A stretch of DNA of 64,000 bases from an uncultured Bacteroidota bacterium. GTDB lineage: Bacteria > Bacteroidota > Bacteroidia > AKYH767-A > OLB10. Position 1 is the first letter of the stretch. Each line of letters begins with the position of its first letter. Position numbers and translations under genes: made by a program. Shown one piece after another: positions 1 to 10,923 of the stretch. The DNA is taken from assembly GCA_903881665.1 (NCBI GenBank), contig CAIRUC010000025.1, positions 65,080 to 129,079 of the forward strand, in the 5' to 3' direction. The notes below the pieces were generated by a model that was given only the letters and a program-made list of their open reading frames with translations, searched no databases and was not told where the DNA came from.

Positions 1-542
1 TCAAATTCATCGGCTTCCACGACCACTTTATGATTTGGCTTTGAGGAATCACCAATCAAAAGATTTGAACCGAAATTAGTGCTAATACCTCCTAAAAATG
101 CCGAACAATTCATTCGCGCAGAATGAAGAATATGTGCTAATAAAGTTGAGGTAGTTGTTTTCCCGTGAGTCCCAGCCACCGCCAATGTAAAATGATCGGC
201 CGTTAACATTCCTAATACTTTTGAACGTTTTGCGATTTCATATCCGTTGGATTCGAAAAAAGCAAGTTCACTATGATTGTGAGGAACTGCAGGTGTTACG
301 ATAACTAAAACCTGCGATTTATTTTCACTATTTCTTACAGCAACAGAAATACTATTCACATCATCATTAAAATGAATTTCAATTCCTTCATTTGTTAATG
401 ATTGTGTTAAAGGCGTTGGTGTTTTATCATAACCCGAAACTAATTTGCCGTCGGCTTTGAAATAACGAGCAAGCGCACTCATGCCAATCCCTCCTATTCC
501 GAGTAGATATACATAACGAATATGTTGCATGCTGTTCTTCAT
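1..542 (-). CDS. murC: UDP-N-acetylmuramate--L-alanine ligase MurC, N-terminal part (gene runs off the left edge)
   Basis: Reverse-strand translation from 542 (or the in-frame ATG at 530) reads M(KNS)MQHIRYVYLLGIGGIGMSALARYFKADGKLVSGYDKT. Further on it reads AVAGTHGKTTTSTLLAH, the Mur ligase P-loop. It lies directly after murG in a dcw cluster. Confidence 0.85.
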   Translation of the reverse strand, partial: MKNSMQHIRYVYLLGIGGIGMSALARYFKADGKLVSGYDKTPTPLTQSLTNEGIEIHFNDDVNSISVAVRNSENKSQVLVIVTPAVPHNHSELAFFESNGYEIAKRSKVLGMLTADHFTLAVAGTHGKTTTSTLLAHILHSARMNCSAFLGGISTNFGSNLLIGDSSKPNHKVVVEADEF

Positions 543-543
543 T

Positions 544-1695
544 TTACTTTTTTACAAGCCGTAATATTTCTTTAGCAATTTCCTGAGCTGCATCAGGACG
601 CGCCATAACACCAATATTTTCAGTTAAACTTTTTCTTTGATCAGCATTATTTACTAATAGCAATGCATTATTCACCAACATTGTTGCTGCATCACTATCG
701 TTTACCAATAATGCCGCTTTTCTTTCAACTAAGGCGATACAATTTTTTGTTTGATGATCTTCTGCCGCAGTTGGAAGCGGTACCAAAATTGCTGGCTTTT
801 TAACAATGCATAATTCAGAAACGGTACTCGCTCCTGCTCGAGCTACAACAATATCGGAAGCGGCATAAGCAAGATCCATTTTCCCAATAAAATCAAACGC
901 GTGCAAAGATGTTGTGTTTAATAATTGAATCGCTTCTTTAGCTTCAGAAAAAAACAACTTTCCTGTTTGCCAAATTAGCTGAACACCTGCATCATCAATC
1001 TGTTTTAATCCAGCTTTGATAGCTCTATTTATACTTCTCGCACCTTGACTTCCTCCAACGACTAATAAAGTAGGTTTATTAGGATCAAGTCCAAAGTACT
1101 TTATCGACTCTTCTTTTTTCCCGTCAATATGTTTGATGTCTTCTCGAACTGGATTACCAGTAAAAATTATTTTACTCGCTCCAAAAAATCGATTCATATT
1201 TTCATATGCTACGCAAACTTTTGAAGCTTTCATTGAAAGTATTTTATTCGTAATGCCTGGGTATGAATTTTGTTCCTGAATCAATGTAGGAATTCCTTTT
1301 CGCGATGCAGTAAAAAGCATAGGACCACTGGCATAACCTCCTACACCTACAGCTACATCTGGATTGAAACTCTTCATCAACTTTCCCGCTTTATTTAAAC
1401 TTTCGATAAGTTTAAATGGGAACGATAAATTATCGAGCGACAATTCTCTTTTAATTCCGGCAATCGGCAATCCTATAATTCTATAACCAGCAGCAGGAAC
1501 TTTTTCCATTTCCATTTTACCTTCTGCACCTACAAATAAAATATCAATTGAAGGATTGATTGCCTTCAATGCATTGGCGATCGCAATTGCAGGAAAGATA
1601 TGTCCTCCTGTACCACCGCCACTGATGATTATTTTTATGTTATTAGGCAGCTGCAACCTGAGGCGTTTTATTAGTTCCTTTTTTATCAATCTCAC
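544..1695 (-). CDS. murG: UDP-N-acetylglucosamine:lipid I GlcNAc transferase MurG
   Basis: 383-aa ORF with the N-terminal motif IIISGGGTGGHIFPA, placed between ftsW and murC. The start is uncertain: the track start is a GTG that overlaps ftsW by 53 nt, and a TTG at 1656 is an alternative. Confidence 0.88.
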   Translation of the reverse strand: MRLIKKELIKRLRLQLPNNIKIIISGGGTGGHIFPAIAIANALKAINPSIDILFVGAEGKMEMEKVPAAGYRIIGLPIAGIKRELSLDNLSFPFKLIESLNKAGKLMKSFNPDVAVGVGGYASGPMLFTASRKGIPTLIQEQNSYPGITNKILSMKASKVCVAYENMNRFFGASKIIFTGNPVREDIKHIDGKKEESIKYFGLDPNKPTLLVVGGSQGARSINRAIKAGLKQIDDAGVQLIWQTGKLFFSEAKEAIQLLNTTSLHAFDFIGKMDLAYAASDIVVARAGASTVSELCIVKKPAILVPLPTAAEDHQTKNCIALVERKAALLVNDSDAATMLVNNALLLVNNADQRKSLTENIGVMARPDAAQEIAKEILRLVKK

Positions 1696-2806
1696 TACTT
1701 ACACTTAATATAATTCCAATGGCAAAGCTGGTAAACCAAATTGAGGTGCCTCCCATACTTAACATTGGTAATGGCTGTCCTGTAACAGGGAATATATGTA
1801 CGGCAACGGCCATATTAATCATCGCCTGAAACACTAAGCTAAAGGCACAACCAATAACAATCATTGCAGCGAAGGCTCTTTCGGTTCGCCGCACAATTTG
1901 AATTGCTCGATAAAAGAGCATTAAATAAAGTAGCACCACAAAACACCCTCCTACTAACCCATACTCCTCGATAATAATTGCAAAAATAAAATCGGAATAC
2001 GGATGAGGAAGGAAATTTCTTTGAGAACTTTGTCCAGGACCTTTACCTAATATTCCTCCAGTAGCAATTGCGATTTTCGCTTGTTGAACTTGATAGTCTC
2101 CTTCATCGGTACTTTTTTTAGAAAAGTAATTCTCGATACGCGATCCCCATGTACTAATACGACCATTATAGTGTACTAATTTGGCAATACCAATAAAGAG
2201 TCCGAAAGCCAAACACGCCACACCTAACGACCCGAAAATAAATTTCAGAGGAACACGACCGATGAACATCAATACCATTGAAGTTGAAAACAGCACAGCA
2301 GCAGTAGAGAAGTTAGCCGGGAGAATCAATCCACAGACAATAAAAACCGGAATAAAAATAGGAATAAAAGATGCTTTAAAATCATTAATAACATCTTGCT
2401 TTTTAGAAATCAAACGTGCTAAATATAAGATCAACGACAACTTAGCGAGATCGGAAGTTTGAAAAGACAAACCAATAATGGGCAAAGTAATCCAACGATT
2501 TGCATCGTTAATATTTGTTCCCATGAACAATGTTAGAATCAATAAAGGAACTGTAACAATAAATGCTAAACGCGCAAATCTTGCATAAACAGTATAAGGA
2601 GCAAGATGAAATAAATACATCAATCCGAAACCTAACAATAAGATAATTCCATGTTTCAGAATATAATACTCAGTATTTCCCGACTGATATTTATAAGCCA
2701 ACGTGCCGGTAGAGCTATATACCGCCAGTGTGCTTATAAACGACAAAAGAATTACGATCAACCAGATCGTTCTATCGCCCTTAAAATTTGTTTCGAGCCA
2801 GGTCAT
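1643..2806 (-). CDS. ftsW: FtsW/RodA/SpoVE-family peptidoglycan polymerase (cell-division FtsW)
   Basis: 387-aa polytopic membrane protein with the family C-terminal motif PLPMLSMGGTS. It sits between murD and murG in the dcw block. Confidence 0.85.
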   Translation of the reverse strand: MTWLETNFKGDRTIWLIVILLSFISTLAVYSSTGTLAYKYQSGNTEYYILKHGIILLLGFGLMYLFHLAPYTVYARFARLAFIVTVPLLILTLFMGTNINDANRWITLPIIGLSFQTSDLAKLSLILYLARLISKKQDVINDFKASFIPIFIPVFIVCGLILPANFSTAAVLFSTSMVLMFIGRVPLKFIFGSLGVACLAFGLFIGIAKLVHYNGRISTWGSRIENYFSKKSTDEGDYQVQQAKIAIATGGILGKGPGQSSQRNFLPHPYSDFIFAIIIEEYGLVGGCFVVLLYLMLFYRAIQIVRRTERAFAAMIVIGCAFSLVFQAMINMAVAVHIFPVTGQPLPMLSMGGTSIWFTSFAIGIILSVSSEIDKKGTNKTPQVAAA

Positions 2807-2861
2807 TTTGCTAATTATAAATTGAACTATATACTAAAAACCAAACAACATAAATACTATT

Positions 2862-4205
2862 CTACAATGCGCGAACAGCTGCTTTAAATCTACGGCCTCT
2901 ATCTTCATAATTTTCAAATAAATCGAATGAAGCACAACAAGGCGATAACAAAACAGTATCTCCTTTTTTACCTAAGCGATACGCTGCTTGTACTGCTTCT
3001 TCAGCCGAGCCTGCTTCCACAATTACAGGAACAATATCTTTAAATGCCTCGATTAATTTTTTATTATCAACGCCAAGACATACAATTGCTTTAACGCTAG
3101 ATTTCACTAACTCAGCAATCATTTCATAATCATTGCCTTTGTCGACTCCTCCAGCAATCCAAACAATCGGATTTTGAATGCTCTCTAAAGCATACCAAGT
3201 AGAATTAACATTGGTAGCTTTTGAATCATTAATAAAGTCGATACCATGTACAGTATTAACAAATTCAAGGCGGTGTTCAATGTTTTCGAAATCAGAGAAG
3301 CTCTCGCGAACCACATCTTTGCGAATTTCAAGAATACGAGAAGCAATTCCTGAAGCCATTGAATTGTACAAGTTGTGTTTGCCTTGTAAAGCCAGATCGT
3401 GAATAGACATATTGAGTTGTTGGTTATTGGTTTGAATATATAGTTGCTTGTTTTCTACCCAGCCGCACATTCCCTCTTTCTTATAAATTGAAAAAGGAAA
3501 AAGTTGCATTTCAGGATTTGACTTTTCGATTTCTTTCATTGTAAGCTCGTCATCGGCACAGTAGATAAATGCATCTGCTGGAGTTTGATTTTGCAAAATC
3601 CTGAATTTAGAATCGACATAATTTTGTAATTGGTAATCGTAACGATCTAGATGATCAGGAGTAATATTCGTAAGTATGCCGATATCGGCTTTAAACTCAT
3701 AACATCCATCGAGTTGAAAACTGCTCAGCTCCAACACATAGTAATCAAATTTTTCTTCCGCTACCTGAAGCGCGAAACTTTTCCCTACGTTACCCGCTAA
3801 ACCAACATTTAATCCTGCTTTTTGCAGAATATGATGCGTAAGCATAGTAGTTGTAGTTTTACCGTTAGTACCGGTGATCGCTATAATTTTTGCATTAGTA
3901 TAACGAGCAGCGAACTCAATCTCAGAAATGATTTTAACATGTTGTTCTTTGGCTTTTATTACCGAAGGGGCTTTATCAGGAATTCCGGGACTTTTTATTA
4001 TTTCAGATGCACTTAAAATTTCAGATTCCGTATGACCGCCTTCTTCAAAGCGAATTCCTCTCGCTACTAATTCCTTTTTATATTTCTCCGCAATTTTACC
4101 TGCATCTGAAACAAACACTTCCATGCCCATTTTCTGAGCAAGAACAGCAGATCCTACTCCGCTTTCGGCAGCACCTAGGATAACTATTTTTTTTGAAGTG
4201 TTCAT
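2862..4205 (-). CDS. murD: UDP-N-acetylmuramoylalanine--D-glutamate ligase MurD
   Basis: 447 aa with an N-terminal Rossmann-like ILGAAESGVG and the Mur ligase P-loop [11 protein letters not shown]. It sits between mraY and ftsW. Confidence 0.9.
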   Translation of the reverse strand: MNTSKKIVILGAAESGVGSAVLAQKMGMEVFVSDAGKIAEKYKKELVARGIRFEEGGHTESEILSASEIIKSPGIPDKAPSVIKAKEQHVKIISEIEFAARYTNAKIIAITGTNGKTTTTMLTHHILQKAGLNVGLAGNVGKSFALQVAEEKFDYYVLELSSFQLDGCYEFKADIGILTNITPDHLDRYDYQLQNYVDSKFRILQNQTPADAFIYCADDELTMKEIEKSNPEMQLFPFSIYKKEGMCGWVENKQLYIQTNNQQLNMSIHDLALQGKHNLYNSMASGIASRILEIRKDVVRESFSDFENIEHRLEFVNTVHGIDFINDSKATNVNSTWYALESIQNPIVWIAGGVDKGNDYEMIAELVKSSVKAIVCLGVDNKKLIEAFKDIVPVIVEAGSAEEAVQAAYRLGKKGDTVLLSPCCASFDLFENYEDRGRRFKAAVRAL

Positions 4206-4222
4206 TTAAAAAAATTGATTTA

Positions 4223-5479
4223 TTAACGTAATTTCAATGTTGCTACACTAAGAACTGCTAGCATAATTCCGATGATCCAAAATCGAGTTACAATTTTTGC
4301 TTCATGGTAACCTAATTTTTGATAATGGTGATGTAAAGGAGACATCTTAAAAATTCTTCGGCCTTCACCATATTTATTTTTCGTGTATTTAAAATAACTC
4401 ACTTGAAGCATCACCGAAACATTTTCGATTAGAAAGATTCCACATATAATAGGAATTAACAATTCTTTACGCACCGCAAAGGCAAAAACGGCAATGATAC
4501 CACCTAATGCCAAGCTACCGGTATCGCCCATAAATACTTGCGCTGGATAAGAATTATACCAAAGAAACCCAACAGTTGCACCCACAAATGCACTCATGAA
4601 AACCATTAACTCACCTGTATTTGGAATATACATTATGTTTAGATAATTAGCAAAAACTGTATTACCCGACACATACGCAAAAATGGCAAGTGTTGTACCA
4701 ACTATTGCAGATGTTCCTGTGGCTAACCCATCAATACCATCCGTAATATTTGCTCCATTTGAAACTGCTGTAATAATAAATGTAACTATTGCAATAAATA
4801 ATATTGGCAATAACCATTTTGCATTATCGCCTGACCAACTAATTAAATTAGCATAATCAAATTCATTATTTTTAAAAAAGGGAATAGTTGTTTTTGTTGA
4901 TTTTACATTTTCACCTGAAAACAAAACGCCTTCTTTATTTCTAATTTGATCAATTAGATTTCCATTTTGAGATACAACAACCTGCGTATTAGTTGTTTTT
5001 TCACGAACAGTAACATTCGGATTAAAATAAAGAATAGAACCAATTATTATTCCGAGTCCTACTTGTCCAATTAATTTAAACTTCGCACGTAACCCTTCTT
5101 TATCTTTTTTGTATACCTTAATATAATCATCGAGAAAACCAATAAGGCCTAACCAAAGTGTACTAATAATCATAATAACAATGTATACGTTATCAAGTTT
5201 AGTAAACAAAAAGGTAGGAATAAGAATTGCAGAAATAATAATCAATCCTCCCATAGTAGGAGTGCCTTGTTTTTCTTTTTGCCCATCAAGTCCCAAGTCG
5301 CGTATCGTTTCCCCAACTTGCATTTTCAAAAGCAATGCAATAATTCTTTTCCCCAACAACATAGTAATCACCAACGAAGTGATGATGGCCATAGCCGCGC
5401 GAAATGAAATGAAGCGAAATACTCCAGCTCCTGGGAAGTCATAGACTCTATCTAAATATGAGAATAAATAATATAACAT
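4223..5479 (-). CDS. mraY: phospho-N-acetylmuramoyl-pentapeptide transferase MraY
   Basis: 418-aa polytopic protein with [24 protein letters not shown] and SPLHHHY motifs, in the dcw position. Confidence 0.93.
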   Translation of the reverse strand: MLYYLFSYLDRVYDFPGAGVFRFISFRAAMAIITSLVITMLLGKRIIALLLKMQVGETIRDLGLDGQKEKQGTPTMGGLIIISAILIPTFLFTKLDNVYIVIMIISTLWLGLIGFLDDYIKVYKKDKEGLRAKFKLIGQVGLGIIIGSILYFNPNVTVREKTTNTQVVVSQNGNLIDQIRNKEGVLFSGENVKSTKTTIPFFKNNEFDYANLISWSGDNAKWLLPILFIAIVTFIITAVSNGANITDGIDGLATGTSAIVGTTLAIFAYVSGNTVFANYLNIMYIPNTGELMVFMSAFVGATVGFLWYNSYPAQVFMGDTGSLALGGIIAVFAFAVRKELLIPIICGIFLIENVSVMLQVSYFKYTKNKYGEGRRIFKMSPLHHHYQKLGYHEAKIVTRFWIIGIMLAVLSVATLKLR

Positions 5480-5483
5480 AAGA

Positions 5484-6941
5484 TCAAGTTAATTGGAAAG
5501 ACTCTGTTAAAACCTGTTTATCATCGAAAGGATATTTCACTCCATTTATTTCCTGATATTTTTCATGTCCCTTGCCCGCTAAAAGGATAATATCGCCGGG
5601 TTGTGCTAGAGCCACAGCTGTACGAACAGCTTCTTTGCGATCGGTAATCGCCAATGATTTTCTATAATATTGAGGAGGAACTCCATCTTTCATTTGTGCA
5701 ATAATAGATTCAGGATCTTCGCTTCTAGGATTATCGGAAGTAAGAATTATTTTATCGCTATATTCACAAGCAATTGCCGACATCTGCGGACGTTTTCCGG
5801 CATCACGATCGCCACCACAACCAATAATTGTAATTACTTTTTCATTTCCTGTTCGAATATCCTTTATCGTTAGTAACACATTTTGCAATGCATTTGGAGT
5901 ATGTGCATAATCAACGATTCCAAATATTCCGTTTTCAGAAGTAATGTATTCAAATCTGCCATCAGGAGCAATTAATCCGCTAAGCGCAGTAAGTACATTT
6001 AACTTTTCTTCTCCGCATAAAACAGCAGTAGCATACACACCTAAAAGGTTATACGCATTGAAACTTCCTACTAAACGACATAAAACATCGTTTCCATCTA
6101 TATTGAGCAACAACCCTGAAAAAGTGTTTTCAAGAACTTTAACTTTATAGTCAGCCACACTCTTTTGAGAAAAAGTTTTAACTGAGGCTTTCGTGTTTTG
6201 AACCATTATTTTATGGTTTCTATCATCGGCATTTACCAATGCAAAAGCGTTTTCTCCTAAAACATCGAAGAACCCTTTTTTTGCACGAATATACTCGTCA
6301 AATGTTTTGTGGTAATCCAAGTGATCACGTGTAATATTTGTAAATAAACCACCTGCAAATTCTAGTCCGGCTACGCGATGTTGAACAACTGCATGAGAAC
6401 TCACTTCCATAAAGCAATATTGACAACCGGAGTCCACCATATTTGCTAAAAGCTTATTCAACTGCAAAGGATCAGGAGTAGTATGAGTAGAAGGAATTTC
6501 AATATCATCAACAAGATTTCGAACAGTGCTTAACATACCGCATGAATAACCTAGTTTTTTAAACAGGGAATATAATAAAGTAACTGTTGTTGTTTTTCCG
6601 TTGGTTCCAGTAACACCAATTAATTTTAATTTTGAAGAAGGCTGATCATAAAAATTAGAGCAAATTAAAGCTAATGCATTAGCAGCCTCCCGTACACGAA
6701 CATACGTAATACCTGTCTGAATAGTAGCAGGCATTTCTTCACAAATTATAGCAACAGCACCTTTTGTAATAACCTCTTCAATAAATTTATGACCGTCACT
6801 ATTTGTTCCACGTACTGCAACAAAAAGGCAACCTTCATTCACTTTTCGTGAATCAAAAGCAACAGCATGAATTATAACGGAAGTATTTCCCGTTACCTCT
6901 TCGATACCTGTTTTATACAATATGTCTTTAAGCGCTTTCAT
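5484..6941 (-). CDS. murE: UDP-N-acetylmuramoyl-L-alanyl-D-glutamate--2,6-diaminopimelate ligase MurE
   Basis: 485 aa with the P-loop [11 protein letters not shown] and the DNPR motif (SDNPRSEDP) typical of the meso-DAP-adding enzyme. It overlaps ftsI by 1 nt. Confidence 0.9.
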   Translation of the reverse strand: MKALKDILYKTGIEEVTGNTSVIIHAVAFDSRKVNEGCLFVAVRGTNSDGHKFIEEVITKGAVAIICEEMPATIQTGITYVRVREAANALALICSNFYDQPSSKLKLIGVTGTNGKTTTVTLLYSLFKKLGYSCGMLSTVRNLVDDIEIPSTHTTPDPLQLNKLLANMVDSGCQYCFMEVSSHAVVQHRVAGLEFAGGLFTNITRDHLDYHKTFDEYIRAKKGFFDVLGENAFALVNADDRNHKIMVQNTKASVKTFSQKSVADYKVKVLENTFSGLLLNIDGNDVLCRLVGSFNAYNLLGVYATAVLCGEEKLNVLTALSGLIAPDGRFEYITSENGIFGIVDYAHTPNALQNVLLTIKDIRTGNEKVITIIGCGGDRDAGKRPQMSAIACEYSDKIILTSDNPRSEDPESIIAQMKDGVPPQYYRKSLAITDRKEAVRTAVALAQPGDIILLAGKGHEKYQEINGVKYPFDDKQVLTESFQLT

Positions 6942-9025
6942 TAACTTAATTCGATCACAATTTGTTTACCTTTTTCAATTTTTTGCCCTGCAGTAATCGA
7001 TTGATGCATCACTGTTCCGCATCCAACAGGCTTTACAATAAATCCCTGCCCTTCGAGAAGATACATTGCATCGCGCAATCCCATTCCAATTACATTTGGA
7101 ACTGTAGTATCTGGTATATCAATAGTTTTTAAATCTTGGTTATTCCATCCTACTGTTGACACTTCACTATTCAAGAATAAATTTTTCACAACAATATTGG
7201 TAGGTTTACTACGTCCTGCTTTAAACACAGGATTTCCTGCGAAAGTAGAATCAGGATAATGTTTTAATTCATCGTGCATATCAACATTTAAAGAATACAC
7301 TTTATCAGCGATATCTTTAAAAACAGGGCATGCTACCGAAGCACCATAATAAGCACCTTTACTTGGAGCATATATTACAACAATACAACTGTAACGAGGT
7401 TTGTCTGCCGGAAAATATCCGCAAAAAGAAGCTTGGTAATTTTTTTTATCAAAACCCTCATTACCGTTTGCAATTTGCGCTGTACCCGTTTTCCCGGCAA
7501 TGGTATATTGCGCATGTTGGATATGAGACGCTGTGCCGGTTTTAACAACTTCTTCTAGCATGATTTTTGCTTTCGCAATAGTAGCTTGAGAACATATTGA
7601 ATCAGCAATTACTTTTGAACTAAAGGTTTTTACAACAGTACCTTTATTACGAATTTCTTTTACGAAAAGAGGCTGAATCATTTTTCCGTTATTAGCAACC
7701 GCATTATAAAAATTAAGTATTTGCAATGGAGATAATTGCGTTTCGTATCCAATCGACATTAATGGAAGCGACAAGCCAGACCACGTTTTACTTTTCGTAT
7801 CCTTAATTTTAATTTTATTAGCCCCCAAAATTTGTATTCCTAAATCATCGTCAATATGCAATCGTTTTAAGCCATCAACAAAAGATTGAGGATTTTTCTG
7901 ATATGATTTAACGATTGCAGAAGCAACACTAACGTTTGATGAATGAGCAAAAGCGTCCTTCACAGAAATTTTTTCAGGCAATCCCTCGTGAGAATCGCGC
8001 ATCGTATAAGAACCAAAATTGTGTACTCCACCATAACTATCGATGATAGTTTCAGGATTTAAATACCCATCTTCCATGGCTACAATATAAGATGCCAATT
8101 TAAAAGTAGAACCTGGCTCAGCAGCTTGACTAATTGCATAATTCAATACTTCTTCATAAGTATCTTCTCCTGTTTTTTTCAGGTTTGCAATTGCTTTTAT
8201 TTCGCCAGTACTAACCTCCATTAATATGGCACACCCCATTTCTGCATCTTGAAGACTGAGTTGTTTCATCAAAGCACTTTCAGCAACATCTTGTATATTT
8301 AAATCTATCGTAGTAATAACGTCACTACCATCCATCGGCTCAATTTCATTATCATTATTTACAGGCTTCCAAACATTTCCTGCAATGCGTTGCATCAAAC
8401 GTTTCCCTTTTCTTCCTTGTAAATAATCATTGAAAGCTCCTTCAATTCCCACTGGGGTAACCTCTTTATTTTCGAGTTTATATCCAATAGTACGACTAGC
8501 TAGATTTTTGAATGGTTTTTCACGACGACTTAATTGAGTAATGATTAATCCGCCTTTGTTTTTCCCGAGGCGAAAAATCGGAAAAGTGCGAATGGCCTTT
8601 TGCTCAGTAAAAGAAATATTACGCTTTAATAAATAGTAATGATTCTTATCGTTTCTTGCTTCACGCAAAATTCGTTTATAATCGGCCTTCGATTTATCTT
8701 TAAATAATGCAGCCAGTAAAAAAGAAAGTGAATCAATATTATTATTAAAAACTTCGGCCTTTAAACCAGCAGGCATCAAATCAATATGAACATCATAACG
8801 AGGTAATGACGTTGCTAGCAAAGAACCGTCGCAAGCATAAATATTACCGCGCATAGGCTCAATATTATAATACTTAAGCGTTAGACTATCTTGTTTTTTT
8901 TTCCAATAATCGCCCTCCACAAACTGCAAACAACCAACCCGGAAAATAATTACCAGCGCGAAAAGTATAAACCCTATAAACACAAGGTAAACTCTCCAAA
9001 GAATATCTTTTTTCTTTTCGGCCAT
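6941..9025 (-). CDS. ftsI: class B penicillin-binding protein / division transpeptidase FtsI
   Basis: 694 aa with an N-terminal TM anchor (LVFIGFILFALVIIF). It carries SxxK (GSTFKL), SxN (HSSNV) and KTG (GKTGTA) motifs and a PASTA-like C-terminal ~60 aa. Confidence 0.85.
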   Translation of the reverse strand: MAEKKKDILWRVYLVFIGFILFALVIIFRVGCLQFVEGDYWKKKQDSLTLKYYNIEPMRGNIYACDGSLLATSLPRYDVHIDLMPAGLKAEVFNNNIDSLSFLLAALFKDKSKADYKRILREARNDKNHYYLLKRNISFTEQKAIRTFPIFRLGKNKGGLIITQLSRREKPFKNLASRTIGYKLENKEVTPVGIEGAFNDYLQGRKGKRLMQRIAGNVWKPVNNDNEIEPMDGSDVITTIDLNIQDVAESALMKQLSLQDAEMGCAILMEVSTGEIKAIANLKKTGEDTYEEVLNYAISQAAEPGSTFKLASYIVAMEDGYLNPETIIDSYGGVHNFGSYTMRDSHEGLPEKISVKDAFAHSSNVSVASAIVKSYQKNPQSFVDGLKRLHIDDDLGIQILGANKIKIKDTKSKTWSGLSLPLMSIGYETQLSPLQILNFYNAVANNGKMIQPLFVKEIRNKGTVVKTFSSKVIADSICSQATIAKAKIMLEEVVKTGTASHIQHAQYTIAGKTGTAQIANGNEGFDKKNYQASFCGYFPADKPRYSCIVVIYAPSKGAYYGASVACPVFKDIADKVYSLNVDMHDELKHYPDSTFAGNPVFKAGRSKPTNIVVKNLFLNSEVSTVGWNNQDLKTIDIPDTTVPNVIGMGLRDAMYLLEGQGFIVKPVGCGTVMHQSITAGQKIEKGKQIVIELS

Positions 9026-9098
9026 TTGATTAGAAAAATTTGGTTGGTTAGTGGTAGGTTAATTGATTTACTCTTTAATAATTCGCAATTACTCTTCT

Positions 9099-9500
9099 TT
9101 ACTTCTTTCGATCTACAATTTTTTTAGGGGCTACTGTAGATTCTTTCAAACCGTATTTTTTTATTGTATTCGCCACTTCAGAAAGCTTACTTTTATACAT
9201 TAACTCTGACTTACCTGTGATAAATTCAGAACGTAACTCTTTTAAATCCTTTTCTGTTTTATCGATATCGCGTACTGTTTTCTCAACGGTATATGTATTC
9301 CAGATATAAAACATGGCTAGCATCACCAAAAACATTACATAAGGCATATAATTGACCGCCGAATCACGATTAAAAAGATTAAAAACATTTAATGCTTTAA
9401 TAATCTTTTTGGCAGGATTCGAGTCTACATCAGCTGAAGGCTTCGAAGATTTTTTCTCCGCATCCTTAGATTCTTCCTGCTGACTACGAACTTTATTCAT
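9099..9500 (-). CDS. FtsL-like small bitopic division protein
   Basis: 133 aa with a charged N-terminus, one TM segment (YVMFLVMLAMFYIW) and a coiled-coil-like tail (EKDLKELRSEF). It sits between rsmH and ftsI, and its start overlaps the rsmH stop (ATGA). Confidence 0.6.
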   Translation of the reverse strand: MNKVRSQQEESKDAEKKSSKPSADVDSNPAKKIIKALNVFNLFNRDSAVNYMPYVMFLVMLAMFYIWNTYTVEKTVRDIDKTEKDLKELRSEFITGKSELMYKSKLSEVANTIKKYGLKESTVAPKKIVDRKK

Positions 9501-10420
9501 ATCCTTTCTGCTACTCTTAATTTAGCGCTGCGTGAACGCGGGTTCGATTTCACTTCACTCTCATTAGCCTCAATTGGCTTTTTATTTATTGGCTTCAACT
9601 TTAAGCCCTTAATATTTCCGAACAAATCTTTTTGCAAATCGCCATCGGTATTTCCTGTATTCACTAGGTTTTTCACTAATCTATCTTCGAGTGAATGGTA
9701 ACTCATCACCACCAATCTACCTCCGGGCTTAAGGATATCGGCAGCTTGCGACAACATCGACTTCAACACATCTAACTCTTCGTTTACTTCAATTCTAAGC
9801 GCCTGAAATAATTGCGCATAAAAAGTGGTTTCTTTAGCTCTTGGCGCGGCAGAAGAAGCTATTTTCTTCAACTCATCTACCGTCTCAATCGGAGCAACCT
9901 TTCTTGACTGCACAATGAGATATGCTAATCGTCTCGAATTATTTAACTCCCCATATTCCCTAAACAACTTCATCAGCGAAATTTCATCATACTGATTTAG
10001 GATATCCCTTGCAGTTAGGTCACTACGTTGATCCATTCTCATATCAAGTGAAGCGTTAAAGCGAATTGAAAATCCGCGATTAGCTTCATCGAACTGATGC
10101 GACGAAACACCGAGATCTGCTAATAAACCATCAATTTCAAAGACCCCTATTTCATTGAGACACACTTTTAAATTACGGAAGTTGTCGTGGATTAACAAGA
10201 ACCTTTTATCATCACACGCATTATCCAATGCATCTTTATCTTGGTCGAAGGCTATCAACCTACCTTCATTCAATTTTTCAAGTATTGCTTTTGAATGTCC
10301 GCCGCCGCCGTACGTTACATCTACATAAACACCTCCCTGTTTTAGATCTAAACCTTCTACACAGAGGTTACGCATCACAGGTTCATGATACGCCACTATC
10401 CGCTCCTCCTTTGTTTGCAT
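9497..10420 (-). CDS. rsmH: 16S rRNA (cytosine1402-N4)-methyltransferase RsmH (MraW)
   Basis: 307 aa with AYHEPVM near the N-terminus and DVTYGGGGHS (SAM binding). It is the second gene of the dcw operon. The annotated ATG at 10420 overlaps the mraZ end by 38 nt. Confidence 0.9.
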   Translation of the reverse strand: MQTKEERIVAYHEPVMRNLCVEGLDLKQGGVYVDVTYGGGGHSKAILEKLNEGRLIAFDQDKDALDNACDDKRFLLIHDNFRNLKVCLNEIGVFEIDGLLADLGVSSHQFDEANRGFSIRFNASLDMRMDQRSDLTARDILNQYDEISLMKLFREYGELNNSRRLAYLIVQSRKVAPIETVDELKKIASSAAPRAKETTFYAQLFQALRIEVNEELDVLKSMLSQAADILKPGGRLVVMSYHSLEDRLVKNLVNTGNTDGDLQKDLFGNIKGLKLKPINKKPIEANESEVKSNPRSRSAKLRVAERI

Positions 10421-10859
10421 TTCCCATCACCTTTTCACCTAATTCGGAAATATCATCGGGCTCAGATGAAATCATCTCTTTATATTTTTCCTTCGACCAT
10501 ATTTCAATTTTTGATCCGAAGGCAGAAAGCATCACCTCTTTATCAATTCCAGCATGCTCACATAAAATCTTTGGCAACAAAACCCTTCCAGCTGCATCTA
10601 GCTCAATTTCTGTAGCGCCTCTAAAAAACCAACGCGCATACAAACGATTATCCTTCACATCCAGATTTAATTTATTTACCTCAGCACTTGCCTTGATCCA
10701 TTCGTCCATTGGATATAAATGGAGACAATTTTCATAGCCACGGTTTACCACAAATTTTTCGGCAGCTTCTGGCGACACCTTCTTACGAATAGCCGACGGT
10801 AAGCTCAAACGCCCTTTGGCATCCAGCTTACATTCGTATTCTCCTAGAAATTGTGTCAT
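10383..10859 (-). CDS. mraZ: transcriptional regulator MraZ
   Basis: Two SpoVT/AbrB-type repeats with DxxxR motifs (LDAKGRLSLP and LDAAGRVLLP). The ATG at 10859 (MTQFLGEYECKLD) is preferred over the GTG at 10940, because that extension would run through the operator repeats. Confidence 0.9.
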   Translation of the reverse strand: MTQFLGEYECKLDAKGRLSLPSAIRKKVSPEAAEKFVVNRGYENCLHLYPMDEWIKASAEVNKLNLDVKDNRLYARWFFRGATEIELDAAGRVLLPKILCEHAGIDKEVMLSAFGSKIEIWSKEKYKEMISSEPDDISELGEKVMGNANKGGADSGVS

Positions 10860-10923
10860 GATTTGCATTTTTTTCCGAATAACACCCACTGTGGGCATCC
10901 GGGTTGTAAAAATAATGTAAAAA

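Noticed and set aside
10228-10737. 169-aa plus-strand ORF, and many similar 60-170-aa track ORFs lying antisense inside longer genes (for example 2181-2462, 3178-3402, 5181-5444, 13455-13751, 13883-14269, 21294-21890, 33280-33948, 41698-42155, 47755-48214, 58494-59393, 60598-60873, 61289-61724).
   Set aside because: Each lies fully within, or largely overlaps, a longer ORF on the other strand or in another frame that has clear family motifs. Their translations are low-complexity or lack any motif, so they are most likely shadow ORFs.
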